The position numbers and the translations under genes were made by a program. Positions 55,615-64,000 of a DNA stretch of 64,000 nt are shown piece by piece. A model generated the notes under the pieces. The model did no database searches. It saw only the letters and a list, made by a program, of their open reading frames with translations, and had not been told where the DNA came from. The DNA lies in assembly GCA_028289425.1 (NCBI GenBank), contig JANQPL010000014.1, forward strand, positions 122,170-186,169, written 5' to 3'. Numbering within the stretch: position 1 is the stretch's first letter; each line of letters starts with the position of its first letter. The stretch comes from Alphaproteobacteria bacterium (GTDB lineage: Bacteria; Pseudomonadota; Alphaproteobacteria; JANQMY01).

Positions 55615-57963
55615 TTGGCCGTTGACCGATTTCCTTCCTTTTGCAATGCAACGCCCAGCGCACAACCATTCTGGGGGCTTGTCTTGATTATTCCCGTTCG
55701 GCGTATTGTCCGTCTTCTGTTTTCTGTCAGTTTTCTCATTGTAGTGACCAACCTTGCGGGGTGTGCCGCCTTGAACGCCAAACAAGTCACGCTGGAACAA
55801 CGCCTCGATATGTTCCCGAAGGGGCCGTATCCCGTGAAAGAAGCGGTCACCATTCGCTGGAACGATCATCAAGTTCCTTTTGTGGAAGCAAGTAATGACA
55901 ATGACCTGGCCTTTGCGCTCGGTCTTGTGCATTTCCATTTGCGCGGCGGACAGATGACCTTGCTGCATCGCATTGCCCATGGCCGCTTATCGGAATCCGC
56001 AGGGCCGTTCACGGCCGAAATCGATCACGCCATTCGAATCATTGATTTTGGGTATGCCTCGGAATCGGTTGTGGAACAAATGCCGGACGACACCAAGGCG
56101 TGGCTTGAGAATTATGTCCGTGGTCTGAATTACTACCAAGACAATATGAAAAAGCGGCCGCCAGAGTTCGGCTTACTCAATCTGCGTAAAGAAGAATGGC
56201 GCGTGGAAGACGTCATCACCATCGGCCGCATCGCCAGCACGGACGTCAACTGGCTGACCCTGTTGGGGCTCATGGGCGAGCGGGTGAAGCCGGAATGGGA
56301 ACAGACATTTGCAAATGTGTTGGAAGCAGGCGCCGACCCGGTCACAAGCTTTCGGGGCACCCCCAAGCAAGCGCTGTTGTCGGACTTCCTCGCCGGCATG
56401 AGCCGGTCCGGCAGCAATTCGTGGGCTGTGTCGCCTGAGCGCAGCGCCACCGGCAGTGCCCTCATTGCCAACGACCCCCATTTGGGACTTGTTCTGCCAA
56501 ATCTATGGATCTTGGCGGGGATGAAATCCCCCAGCTATCACGCCGTGGGCTTTATGATTCCGGGCGTGCCGATCGTTGGCGTGGGCCGAAACCCGGATAT
56601 GGCGTGGGGCGGCACGAATTTACGGGCGGCGGTGAGCGACCTTTATGATGTGTCCCGTGCGGACGATCCGCAAATCGTCGAAACGGAAAGCGTGATCAAG
56701 AACCGCCTGTGGTTTAACCGCACGGTCACCTTGCGCCGGTCGGCGTACGGTCCGATCTTGTCGGATTCCCAATTTTTGGCAAAGCGGCCAGGCGAGGAAA
56801 TTGCCATCAAATGGATCGGTCACGAGCCGCGTGATCAAGTGACGGCCCTGCTTGCCGCGGCGCGTGCCTCAACACCGGAAGAGTTTCGGGAGGCCTTCAA
56901 GTCCTTCGCCGTTTCCGCCCAGAACATGGTCTTTGCCGACAAAAACGGTAACATTGGACAGATCATTGCCACCACACTCCCGGTTCGCCAGTACGACACG
57001 TTGGAAGACATCGTTCTGGACCCGGACGATCCCACCTATGAGTGGCAGGGCTATGTGGACGCGACGGATTTGCCGTGGGCCCTGAATCCGCCGGAAGGCT
57101 TCATTGCGTCCGCCAATAATCGACCGGCTGAAACCCCCGTACCGCTTGGGTTCTTTTTCGGCGGCGATGATCGGGTGCGCCGTCTTCAAGAAGTGCTCGC
57201 CGCCAATGACAAAGTGAGCATGGCGGACCTGACTGCATTGCAGCTCGACACCAAGTCGCCGGATGCGGAAGCCATGAAAGAAGCGCTGGTTACGCAGATT
57301 GAGCCCCTCGCGGGATTGGAAGAAGCCTCTGGCTTTGTTTCCGATCTCAAAGGCTGGGACGGTGATTATCGCGCCGATTCAAGGGGCGCTCTGGCTTTTG
57401 AATTGCTGCTCTACCATCTTGTGCCGTCCGTTTACGGGTTTGAAGATGCATCGGACGTACCCCCGCTTCGCCTTCAGTGGCACTACAAAACAAAACTGTT
57501 CTTAAAAGACCTGGCCGCACTGGATGATGCAGCGCGCGAGTCGCTGCTGGTCGAAAGCACAATGAGCGCGGCAGAAGATGCCGAGAAATATGAGATTTGG
57601 GGCGATATCCATACCCTCAAAGTGGGGCACTTGTTGAGCAATGTGCCTGTCATTGGCGGCCGTTATGTGATCGAGGAATATGGTGTCGGCGGCTCGCGCG
57701 AAACGCCCATGAAGACCGCCCACGATCTGGTGAATGAAAAACACTCCGCAAGCTATGGCTCCCAGGCCCGCCACCTCTCAGATATGTCCGACATGGACGA
57801 GAACTATTTTCTGCTGTTCGGCGGTGAAGACGGTTGGATCGGCAGCGAAAACTTCGCCGACATGATGCCGTTGTGGCGCAAGGGGGACTATGTGCGTATG
57901 CCCTTGCGGCTTGAAACGGTTGCGAAAGAGTTCGGGCATGTCTTGACACTTTCACCTCAGTAA
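55615..57963 (+). CDS. Penicillin acylase family Ntn-hydrolase (AHL-acylase-like), probable lipoprotein.
   Basis: The lipobox LAGC follows a hydrophobic signal. The beta-subunit N-terminal nucleophile context is GSNSWAVSPERSATG. 782 aa. The exact start is uncertain. Confidence 0.75.
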   Translation: MAVDRFPSFCNATPSAQPFWGLVLIIPVRRIVRLLFSVSFLIVVTNLAGCAALNAKQVTLEQRLDMFPKGPYPVKEAVTIRWNDHQVPFVEASNDNDLAFALGLVHFHLRGGQMTLLHRIAHGRLSESAGPFTAEIDHAIRIIDFGYASESVVEQMPDDTKAWLENYVRGLNYYQDNMKKRPPEFGLLNLRKEEWRVEDVITIGRIASTDVNWLTLLGLMGERVKPEWEQTFANVLEAGADPVTSFRGTPKQALLSDFLAGMSRSGSNSWAVSPERSATGSALIANDPHLGLVLPNLWILAGMKSPSYHAVGFMIPGVPIVGVGRNPDMAWGGTNLRAAVSDLYDVSRADDPQIVETESVIKNRLWFNRTVTLRRSAYGPILSDSQFLAKRPGEEIAIKWIGHEPRDQVTALLAAARASTPEEFREAFKSFAVSAQNMVFADKNGNIGQIIATTLPVRQYDTLEDIVLDPDDPTYEWQGYVDATDLPWALNPPEGFIASANNRPAETPVPLGFFFGGDDRVRRLQEVLAANDKVSMADLTALQLDTKSPDAEAMKEALVTQIEPLAGLEEASGFVSDLKGWDGDYRADSRGALAFELLLYHLVPSVYGFEDASDVPPLRLQWHYKTKLFLKDLAALDDAARESLLVESTMSAAEDAEKYEIWGDIHTLKVGHLLSNVPVIGGRYVIEEYGVGGSRETPMKTAHDLVNEKHSASYGSQARHLSDMSDMDENYFLLFGGEDGWIGSENFADMMPLWRKGDYVRMPLRLETVAKEFGHVLTLSPQ

Positions 57964-57980
57964 CACCACTTGTTGGAGCG

Positions 57981-59537
57981 ATGATCGACACCACACCGCT
58001 CTTTCGACCCCTTGCCCGGCGCCGATTGGCGCAGATCCATTCACTTGACCCGGTCGCGACACAAGAACGGCAGTTGCTCAAGCTGCTTGCCCGCGCGAGA
58101 CATACAAGGTTTGGCAAGGATCACGGTTTTTCCGATATCAAGACCGTAGCGGATTTTCAGGCGCGGGTGCCGTTGCGCAGTTACGATCAATTCTGGACCG
58201 AGTATTGGCAGGACGGCTATCCGAACACCCCCGATATGACCTGGCCAGGGCCTACCAGGTTTTGGGCGTTATCGTCCGGCACCTCTTCCGCGACCACAAA
58301 ATATATTCCGTGTACGATGGATATGGTTGCGTCGAACAAACGCGCCGCCCTGGACATTTTGTGTTACCAATTGGCAGAAATGCCGGACTTCCGTCCGACC
58401 GACGGCAAAACCTTTATTCTCGGTGGCAGCACGGCTCTTACGGAAGAGGCGCCCGGCTTTTTCTCCGGAGACCTTAGCGGTATTGCTGCAAAGACGGTCC
58501 CATTTTGGGCCAAGCCGTTTACGTTTCCACCGACCGACCTTTCGTTGATTAAGAACTGGGAAGAGAAACTTGAAACCCTTGCCCAGCGATCGCTTAGGGA
58601 AAAAATCCGTGTACTGAGTGGCACACCCATATGGCTGTTACTGCTGTTTCGCCGCGTGCGAAAACTGCGCGACGCTGCCGGACAAAGCGATACCCCTACT
58701 TTTCCCTACCTGCAATTGCTGATCCATGGGGGCACGTCTTACGCGCCCTACAAGGCAGAGACATCTCCCTTTCTTGAGCATGCGGGTGCCGCAACCCGCG
58801 AGGTCTATCCGGCCAGTGAAGGCTTTATTGCCATCGCCGACCGGGGCGACGGTGAGGGGCTTCGGCTTAATCTGGATATCGGGCTTTTCTTTGAGTTCAT
58901 CCCCCTTGAAGAGCTTGAAGCGGAACAGCCCACACGGCATTGGGTGGGCACTCTCGAGCCAGGCATTACCTACGCTGTCGCCATTACCAGCTGCGCCGGC
59001 GTGTTCTCCTATTTGTTGGGAGACGTGGTACGGTTTGTGGGAACAAACCCGCCGCGGCTTCTCATCACCGGGCGAACGTCTTATTCCTTGTCCGAGTTCG
59101 GCGAACATTTAATTGGGGAAGAAATTGAGCGGGCCATATTGGCCGCAGCGAAAATGATCGACCTGAATATTGTCGAGTTCAGTGTAGGCACTGTGTTTGC
59201 GCATCACAATCACGACGCGGGGTCGCACAAATACTTTCTTGAAACCGCCCATCCGGTCGGTCCCAATGCGCGGGAAAAACTGGAGGACCACCTCTCACAA
59301 TTAATTGATGAAGATCTCATTGCCGGCAATGATGACTACGCTTCCCATCGCCGCAATGGGCTGACATTACAGGCGCCCCAAGTAAGCCTGGTGCCGCCCC
59401 AGAGTTTTGCCCAATGGATGCAATCGCGCGGGAAACTGGGCGGTCAGAACAAGGTTCCCCGTGTTATCAACAACAGGGATCTGTTCGACAATCTGGCGGA
59501 GTTTATGGGCGCTCAATCCGTGGCCCGTGAGGGCTGA
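57981..59537 (+). CDS. GH3 family protein (adenylating acyl-acid amido synthetase, bacterial GH3).
   Basis: 518 aa. Layout is that of the GH3 auxin-responsive-promoter family, with N-terminal FRPLARRRL...FW..YW and SSGTSS adenylation-motif regions. Confidence 0.65.
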   Translation: MIDTTPLFRPLARRRLAQIHSLDPVATQERQLLKLLARARHTRFGKDHGFSDIKTVADFQARVPLRSYDQFWTEYWQDGYPNTPDMTWPGPTRFWALSSGTSSATTKYIPCTMDMVASNKRAALDILCYQLAEMPDFRPTDGKTFILGGSTALTEEAPGFFSGDLSGIAAKTVPFWAKPFTFPPTDLSLIKNWEEKLETLAQRSLREKIRVLSGTPIWLLLLFRRVRKLRDAAGQSDTPTFPYLQLLIHGGTSYAPYKAETSPFLEHAGAATREVYPASEGFIAIADRGDGEGLRLNLDIGLFFEFIPLEELEAEQPTRHWVGTLEPGITYAVAITSCAGVFSYLLGDVVRFVGTNPPRLLITGRTSYSLSEFGEHLIGEEIERAILAAAKMIDLNIVEFSVGTVFAHHNHDAGSHKYFLETAHPVGPNAREKLEDHLSQLIDEDLIAGNDDYASHRRNGLTLQAPQVSLVPPQSFAQWMQSRGKLGGQNKVPRVINNRDLFDNLAEFMGAQSVAREG

Positions 59538-59648
59538 CCGCCGGGAGCCACTTTTCAGACTCGTCGATTGGCGCTAGTCTTTATTCGCACCGGGCCGCTT
59601 CACTTTTGGATATCTTCCTCGCCCAACCAATACAACGGAAAACGGATC

Positions 59649-60284
59649 ATGTTGCATCAGCTTGTCTCGACACGAGTGTTTTCGAAAGCCACTTTGATGG
59701 GCGCGGTCGCCCTTGTGGCATCAGCGCCCCTGCTCACGGCGCCGGCGCAGGCGCAGGCGGACGGTCATATGACCGGCACTTACGGCATGGACCCCACCCA
59801 CACCAGCGTTGTCTTTAAGTTGGATCACCTTGGCTTCTCCACTTATATCGGCCGCTTCGATACGGTCGGAGGAACGCTGACCTTCGATGAGAATGACCCT
59901 ACAAAAAGTGCTTTGAGCGTGACCATCGATACGGCCAGCATCAACACCAATAGCGAGGAACTGGAAGAGAAGTTGCGCGCGGAAGATATGTTCAATGCCG
60001 CAGCGCATCCGCAGATCACGTTCGTCAGCACGGGAATTGAAAAGACGGACGACACCGCCGGTAAAATCACGGGCGACCTAAGCGTTGCCGGTGTAACAAA
60101 GCCGGTCACTTTAGACGTCACATTCAACGGCGGTGCGCCAAATCCGTTTTCGCAGAAGATGACGTTGGGGTTCTCAGCAACAGCGGCCATGAAGCGCTCC
60201 GAATTTGGCTTGGACAATTGGTTGCCCGCGGTTGGCGATGACGTGGCGCTGGTGATCGAAACTGAATTCCAGAAGCAAGAATAG
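59649..60284 (+). CDS. YceI family periplasmic protein.
   Basis: A signal peptide and YceI-like beta-barrel motifs (DPTHTSVVFKLDHLGFS). The start is placed at the ATG at 59649. The ORF track begins at 59568. Confidence 0.75.
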   Translation: MLHQLVSTRVFSKATLMGAVALVASAPLLTAPAQAQADGHMTGTYGMDPTHTSVVFKLDHLGFSTYIGRFDTVGGTLTFDENDPTKSALSVTIDTASINTNSEELEEKLRAEDMFNAAAHPQITFVSTGIEKTDDTAGKITGDLSVAGVTKPVTLDVTFNGGAPNPFSQKMTLGFSATAAMKRSEFGLDNWLPAVGDDVALVIETEFQKQE

Positions 60285-60357
60285 CTGATCGTCAGAAACA
60301 CCTATACTGCGGCCCGGCGTGAGGCGCACGCGCCCCGCGCCCCTTTGAGTAAGACCT

Positions 60358-60918
60358 ATGGCTTGGCGTAACACCAGCGAACGGTATGGCATTGTCGCAA
60401 AATCCTTTCATTGGATTTTGTTTTTGCTGATTGCCGGCCTTATTGGCTTTGGACTGTATATGACAAGCCAGACCTTCACGCCGGAAATCTTCACCCTCTA
60501 CAAATGGCACAAAACGATCGGCGTGCTGGTCTTAGCATTGGTCGTCGCACGCGTGGTTTGGCGTTTTGTATCGCCGCCGCCGCCCCTGCCGGCCAATACG
60601 CCGCCTCTGGAACGTTGGGCCGCGCATCTGACACATCTGCTCATCTATGTGGCGATCATCGTCATTCCCGTGAGCGGCTGGCTTATGTCCTCCGCTGCTC
60701 CGTTCCCCAACCTCATTCTGGGTAACATCCAACTGCCGGCCCTGATCGGACAAGATGAAGCGGCCTCCAAGTTTTTTTCGGCGGTGCACTATTGGGCCGG
60801 CCGTGCCTTAATGGCGTTGCTGGTCCTTCATGTTGGTGCCGCTCTTCTTCACCACTTTATCCGCCGCGACCAGATCTTGGTGCGGATGCTTCCCGGAAGT
60901 TTCAGCAGGAAAGCCTGA
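60358..60918 (+). CDS. Cytochrome b561 family protein.
   Basis: The N-terminus ERYGIVAKSFHWILFLL has the conserved heme-ligand His. Four TM helices. 186 aa. Confidence 0.8.
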   Translation: MAWRNTSERYGIVAKSFHWILFLLIAGLIGFGLYMTSQTFTPEIFTLYKWHKTIGVLVLALVVARVVWRFVSPPPPLPANTPPLERWAAHLTHLLIYVAIIVIPVSGWLMSSAAPFPNLILGNIQLPALIGQDEAASKFFSAVHYWAGRALMALLVLHVGAALLHHFIRRDQILVRMLPGSFSRKA

Positions 60919-60920
60919 TC

Positions 60921-61514
60921 ATGAGAACATCCTCTTTGTGCCTCGGTGCCGCGCTGTGCCTTACACCCCTCACAGCCGTGCTTGCCGCACCCTGGACAAT
61001 GGATCCTGAGGCGAGTTCAATCGAATACGCTTATTCCTGGTCCGGTGTGGCAGCGGGTGGCGGTTTCGAATCCTTCAGCGCCGATATCGATTTTGACAAA
61101 GAGGACCTGTCGGGGAGCAGCGTTCACGTGGTGATTCAAATGTCGAGTGTCACGGCCGCCTACAGCCAGGTGCCGACAGAACTTGTCAAACCCGAATGGT
61201 TCGACGTGGATCAATTCCCCGAAGCCGTGTTCGAAAGCAACTCTTTCAGCGCGGCCGATGACGGGAGCTTTGTTGCCGACGGCACACTCACCATGCGTGG
61301 CGTGACGCAGCCGTCCCAATTGACTTTCAATTTTGACACTTACGGTCCGATCCCCGGCAAACCTGGTGCGCTGCAAGCGGTGATGTCGGGTGAAACCACG
61401 CTCAGCCGAACCGCATTCGGCATAGGCCAAGGGAGTTGGTCCGCAACGGATACGTTGGCGGATGAGGTGACCGTCACCGTCAATGTCACGGCGGAACAAT
61501 CCGCAAGTCAATAG
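60921..61514 (+). CDS. YceI family periplasmic protein (second copy).
   Basis: A signal peptide and YceI-like sequence. The start is set at the ATG at 60921, immediately after the cytochrome b561 stop. The ORF track begins at 60792. Confidence 0.7.
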   Translation: MRTSSLCLGAALCLTPLTAVLAAPWTMDPEASSIEYAYSWSGVAAGGGFESFSADIDFDKEDLSGSSVHVVIQMSSVTAAYSQVPTELVKPEWFDVDQFPEAVFESNSFSAADDGSFVADGTLTMRGVTQPSQLTFNFDTYGPIPGKPGALQAVMSGETTLSRTAFGIGQGSWSATDTLADEVTVTVNVTAEQSASQ

Positions 61515-61525
61515 AGCGAACGCGC

Positions 61526-62158
61526 TTAAAAGAACGACAGCAGCAGGTCGGGCACGCCGTACAAAAAGGCTGCGACAATCAAAACGGCAAGCACGATCGA
61601 CGCTGTACCAATGGCGCCGATCAACCCCGACACAAATTGCAACGGGCCAACACGCCGCCGACGCCGTCCAACCAGTTCCCCGTCCTCATCCAACGGCACG
61701 GGCACGGTTTGCCGCTGAACCGACTGGAACCAAACGAAGGCCTGCATTGGTGGTGAAAAAAGACAGAGCAGGCCGCCAACTAGGCCAATTCCGATAACGG
61801 TCATCACATAGATCTGCTGATCGCCTGGCATGTCGAACATGTAACCGTAGATCGCATTCAGGAACAGGCTTGCGGAGATCAACAAAAATAGCCCAAGCCC
61901 CCAACGGGCGACCCGGTGCCCCCGGAACACAAGGATCAACAGCAAGATTTGTAAAACAGCGCCCACTAAAATCTGCAGAAACAAATCCGTGCCGATGTAG
62001 GGGAGTTCGGCAGAGGGCGCAAAAAAGACAGCAGGCAACGCTTCCGTCCACAAAGCGGCCAAGGTGTAAAACTCCTTGCCCAAAATGGCGACGAACAAAA
62101 GTGTCATTAAGATCCGGCCGTTGCGAATATCCGTTTGCGACCAGATTTCGGTGTCCAT
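61526..62158 (-). CDS. Hypothetical integral membrane protein.
   Basis: 210 aa with multiple hydrophobic helices and an RRRRR cytoplasmic loop. Confidence 0.4.
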   Translation of the reverse strand: MDTEIWSQTDIRNGRILMTLLFVAILGKEFYTLAALWTEALPAVFFAPSAELPYIGTDLFLQILVGAVLQILLLILVFRGHRVARWGLGLFLLISASLFLNAIYGYMFDMPGDQQIYVMTVIGIGLVGGLLCLFSPPMQAFVWFQSVQRQTVPVPLDEDGELVGRRRRRVGPLQFVSGLIGAIGTASIVLAVLIVAAFLYGVPDLLLSFF

Positions 62159-62588
62159 CAGCGTCTCCCCTCTGATGACGCCTTTTGGTTGTGCAACCCA
62201 GTCCGCCGGTTTCCCGGTGTTCGATCGCTAGGTTGTAAACCCAACTCGTCCTTACTATCTGGAGCTGTACCCTCTCCACCCCTAGGCCCCCAGGGGCGCA
62301 CCCGCACTGCCGTCTCTCGAACGCCTAAGAGAGCGCGGGTCGCATGTGAATCATCAATGACAGGTCAGATCATGTCAATTGCTGGCGGTTCCAATTTGAA
62401 GCTATTTCGCCACTTTTTGCGGGATTTGAGTGTAAGCCTGGCATTCCTGCCACAATTATTCCCAGGATTCCCCTATGGCAGCGTCAGAATGCCCCTTTTC
62501 TTTGGTCATCGCTAACCACACTATGCGAAAATTTTGGTGACGCCCTGCCGCGAATCCCTTGGCGGCACGTAGCTTTGAGGACACACAC

Positions 62589-64000
62589 ATGCCGGTTTAC
62601 AAGGCGCCGACCGACGATTTTCGTTTTCTTTTTTTTGAGTTGCTGAAGATCTCCGAGTCGTCAGATTTGCCTGGATACGAACAGCTGGACCAGGATTTGG
62701 TGTCGGATGTCCTAGAGGGCGCGGCCAAGTTTTGCGAAGAAGTGCTGCAACCACTCAATCAAGTTGGCGATGAGCACGGCTGCACATTTGAAAACGGTGT
62801 GGTCCGCACACCTCCCGGTTTCAAGGAAGCTTATGACGCCTATTGCGAAAGCGGTTGGAACCGGCTGGGCGCCCCCGAAGCCTTTGGCGGCGCCGCTTTA
62901 CCTGCCATCATGACCTTCGCTGTCAGCGAGATGGCATTTTCCGCAAACCAAGCCTTCGCCATGTATCCCGGCTTGACCAGCGCAGCCTACAGCGCACTGG
63001 CGGCCACCGGCGACCGTTGGATGCGTGAAACCATCGTGCCCAAGATGGTTTCCGGCGAATGGTCCGGCACCATGTGTTTGACCGAGCCCCATTGCGGCAC
63101 CGACCTCAAGCTCATGAAAAGCAAGGCTGTCGAACAGGACGACGGCACCTATCGCTTGAGCGGCACCAAGATATTCATTTCCGGTGGCGATCACGACATG
63201 ACCGACAACATCATTCATATGGTGATTGCGAAGGTGCCGGATGAAGACGGCAAACTCGCCAATGATCTGTCCACGGTCAATTTCTTCATGGTGCCGAAAG
63301 TGATGGTCAATGAAGACGGAACGTTGGGTCCCCGAAACGGTGTCTCGTGCGGCTCGATCGAAAAGAAAATGGGCATCAAGGGCAGTTCCACCTGCGTTCT
63401 CAATTTCGACGATGCTGTTGCCTATCGCTTGGGCCCCGCGCCAAAGAAGAAGAAAGACGGTGAGGCCGGCAGCAAGAAGTCGAAATCGCAAGGCATGTCA
63501 GGCATGTTCGGCATGATGAACGCGGCCCGAATGGGCGTCGGCATTCAAGGCATCGCCATCGGCGAGGTTGCGTATCAAAACGGTGTCACCTATGCCAATG
63601 ACCGGCTGGCCGGCCGCGCGCTCACAGGCACAAAAAACCCGGACGGACCGGCAGACCCGATCATCGTTCATCCCGATGTACGGCGCATGTTGTTGCAGGC
63701 ACGCTCTTTCGTGGAAGGCGCCCGAGCTTTGGCCATGTGGATTTCCCACTTGTTCAGTGTACAGCGCTCCACCCGCTCTGATGCAGATAAGGAAAATGCG
63801 GCCGACCTGACGAATTTGATGACGCCGATCATCAAAGCGTTTTTTACGGACATGGGCTTTGAAGCCACCAACGCCGCCATGCAGTGCTATGGCGGTCACG
63901 GCTACGTGCGCGACCATGGCATGGAACAGTTTGTCCGCGATGCGCGTATCAATCAGGTGTATGAGGGCGCCAATGGCGTGCAGGCGCTGGATCTTGTAGG
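62589..64000 (+). CDS. Large (~600 aa class) acyl-CoA dehydrogenase, 3'-truncated by the window edge.
   Basis: Hand translation from the ATG at 62589 gives MPVYKAPTDDFRFLFFELL...CLTEPHCGTDL...YEGANGVQALDLV with no stop before the window ends. No window-end ORF is listed in the track. Confidence 0.8.
   Translation, partial: MPVYKAPTDDFRFLFFELLKISESSDLPGYEQLDQDLVSDVLEGAAKFCEEVLQPLNQVGDEHGCTFENGVVRTPPGFKEAYDAYCESGWNRLGAPEAFGGAALPAIMTFAVSEMAFSANQAFAMYPGLTSAAYSALAATGDRWMRETIVPKMVSGEWSGTMCLTEPHCGTDLKLMKSKAVEQDDGTYRLSGTKIFISGGDHDMTDNIIHMVIAKVPDEDGKLANDLSTVNFFMVPKVMVNEDGTLGPRNGVSCGSIEKKMGIKGSSTCVLNFDDAVAYRLGPAPKKKKDGEAGSKKSKSQGMSGMFGMMNAARMGVGIQGIAIGEVAYQNGVTYANDRLAGRALTGTKNPDGPADPIIVHPDVRRMLLQARSFVEGARALAMWISHLFSVQRSTRSDADKENAADLTNLMTPIIKAFFTDMGFEATNAAMQCYGGHGYVRDHGMEQFVRDARINQVYEGANGVQALDLV

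Noticed and set aside
1-64000. Search for tRNA, rRNA and CRISPR arrays.
   Set aside because: No intergenic region shows cloverleaf-compatible structure, rRNA-like conserved blocks, or regularly spaced direct repeats. The only repeats found are palindromic REP-like elements.
1-64000. Search for a mobile element (IS, transposon, integrase, phage).
   Set aside because: No transposase, integrase, recombinase or phage structural motifs are present. The low-GC TA islet and the small AT-rich islet lack flanking direct repeats that I could identify.

Overview
This 64 kb window is high-GC bacterial chromosomal DNA, probably alphaproteobacterial, and is densely packed with metabolic genes on both strands. 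No rRNA, tRNA, CRISPR array, transposase or integrase was found. Apart from one signalling fusion protein, no transcription factors were found.

Backbone genes:
- A partial Kef-type K+ efflux gene runs off the 5' end of the window.
- A four-gene 2-oxo-acid dehydrogenase operon (E1alpha, E1beta, E2, E3) lies on the minus strand, with ATGA start/stop overlaps suggesting translational coupling.
- An amidase, several SDR and zinc-type alcohol dehydrogenases, an acyl-CoA synthetase, an LLM-type monooxygenase and a PhyH dioxygenase are present.
- GFA and GST-like genes, two adjacent acyl-CoA dehydrogenase pairs (one followed by an enoyl-CoA hydratase), cysK and a YceI-cytochrome b561-YceI operon are present.
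- A ~600-aa class acyl-CoA dehydrogenase runs off the 3' end.

Most notable items:
1. A low-GC islet at 35.0-36.3 kb carries a Panacea-domain (DUF4065, SocA-like) antitoxin. Its stop overlaps the start of an unrecognisable 162-aa K/R-rich putative toxin. A palindromic operator lies upstream. This is the best candidate for an undescribed toxin-antitoxin pair.
2. A tailoring-enzyme cluster at 45-52 kb contains a rifampin-phosphotransferase-like PEP-utilising protein with no TIM barrel, an APS kinase (cysC) and a weakly sulfotransferase-like protein. It also has a SAM methyltransferase, a gamma-glutamyl hydrolase-type amidotransferase, a LicC-like nucleotidyltransferase and a PhnZ-like HD-domain protein. 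It is preceded by an operon of a Gfo/Idh/MocA-AKR fusion, a P-loop kinase, a PABS-like protein and a D-aminoacylase.
3. A secreted protein shows clear von Hippel-Lindau beta-domain motifs.
4. An adenylyl cyclase-winged helix-TPR fusion protein is present.
5. A penicillin/AHL-acylase gene sits next to a GH3 amido-synthetase gene.
6. Three families of intergenic palindromic repeats occur: a REP/BIME-like family built on ATCCCGG, a C-rich perfect-hairpin family, and a tandem CTAGTGTC...GACACTAG hairpin pair.
7. A complex leader lies upstream of a Rieske oxygenase gene.
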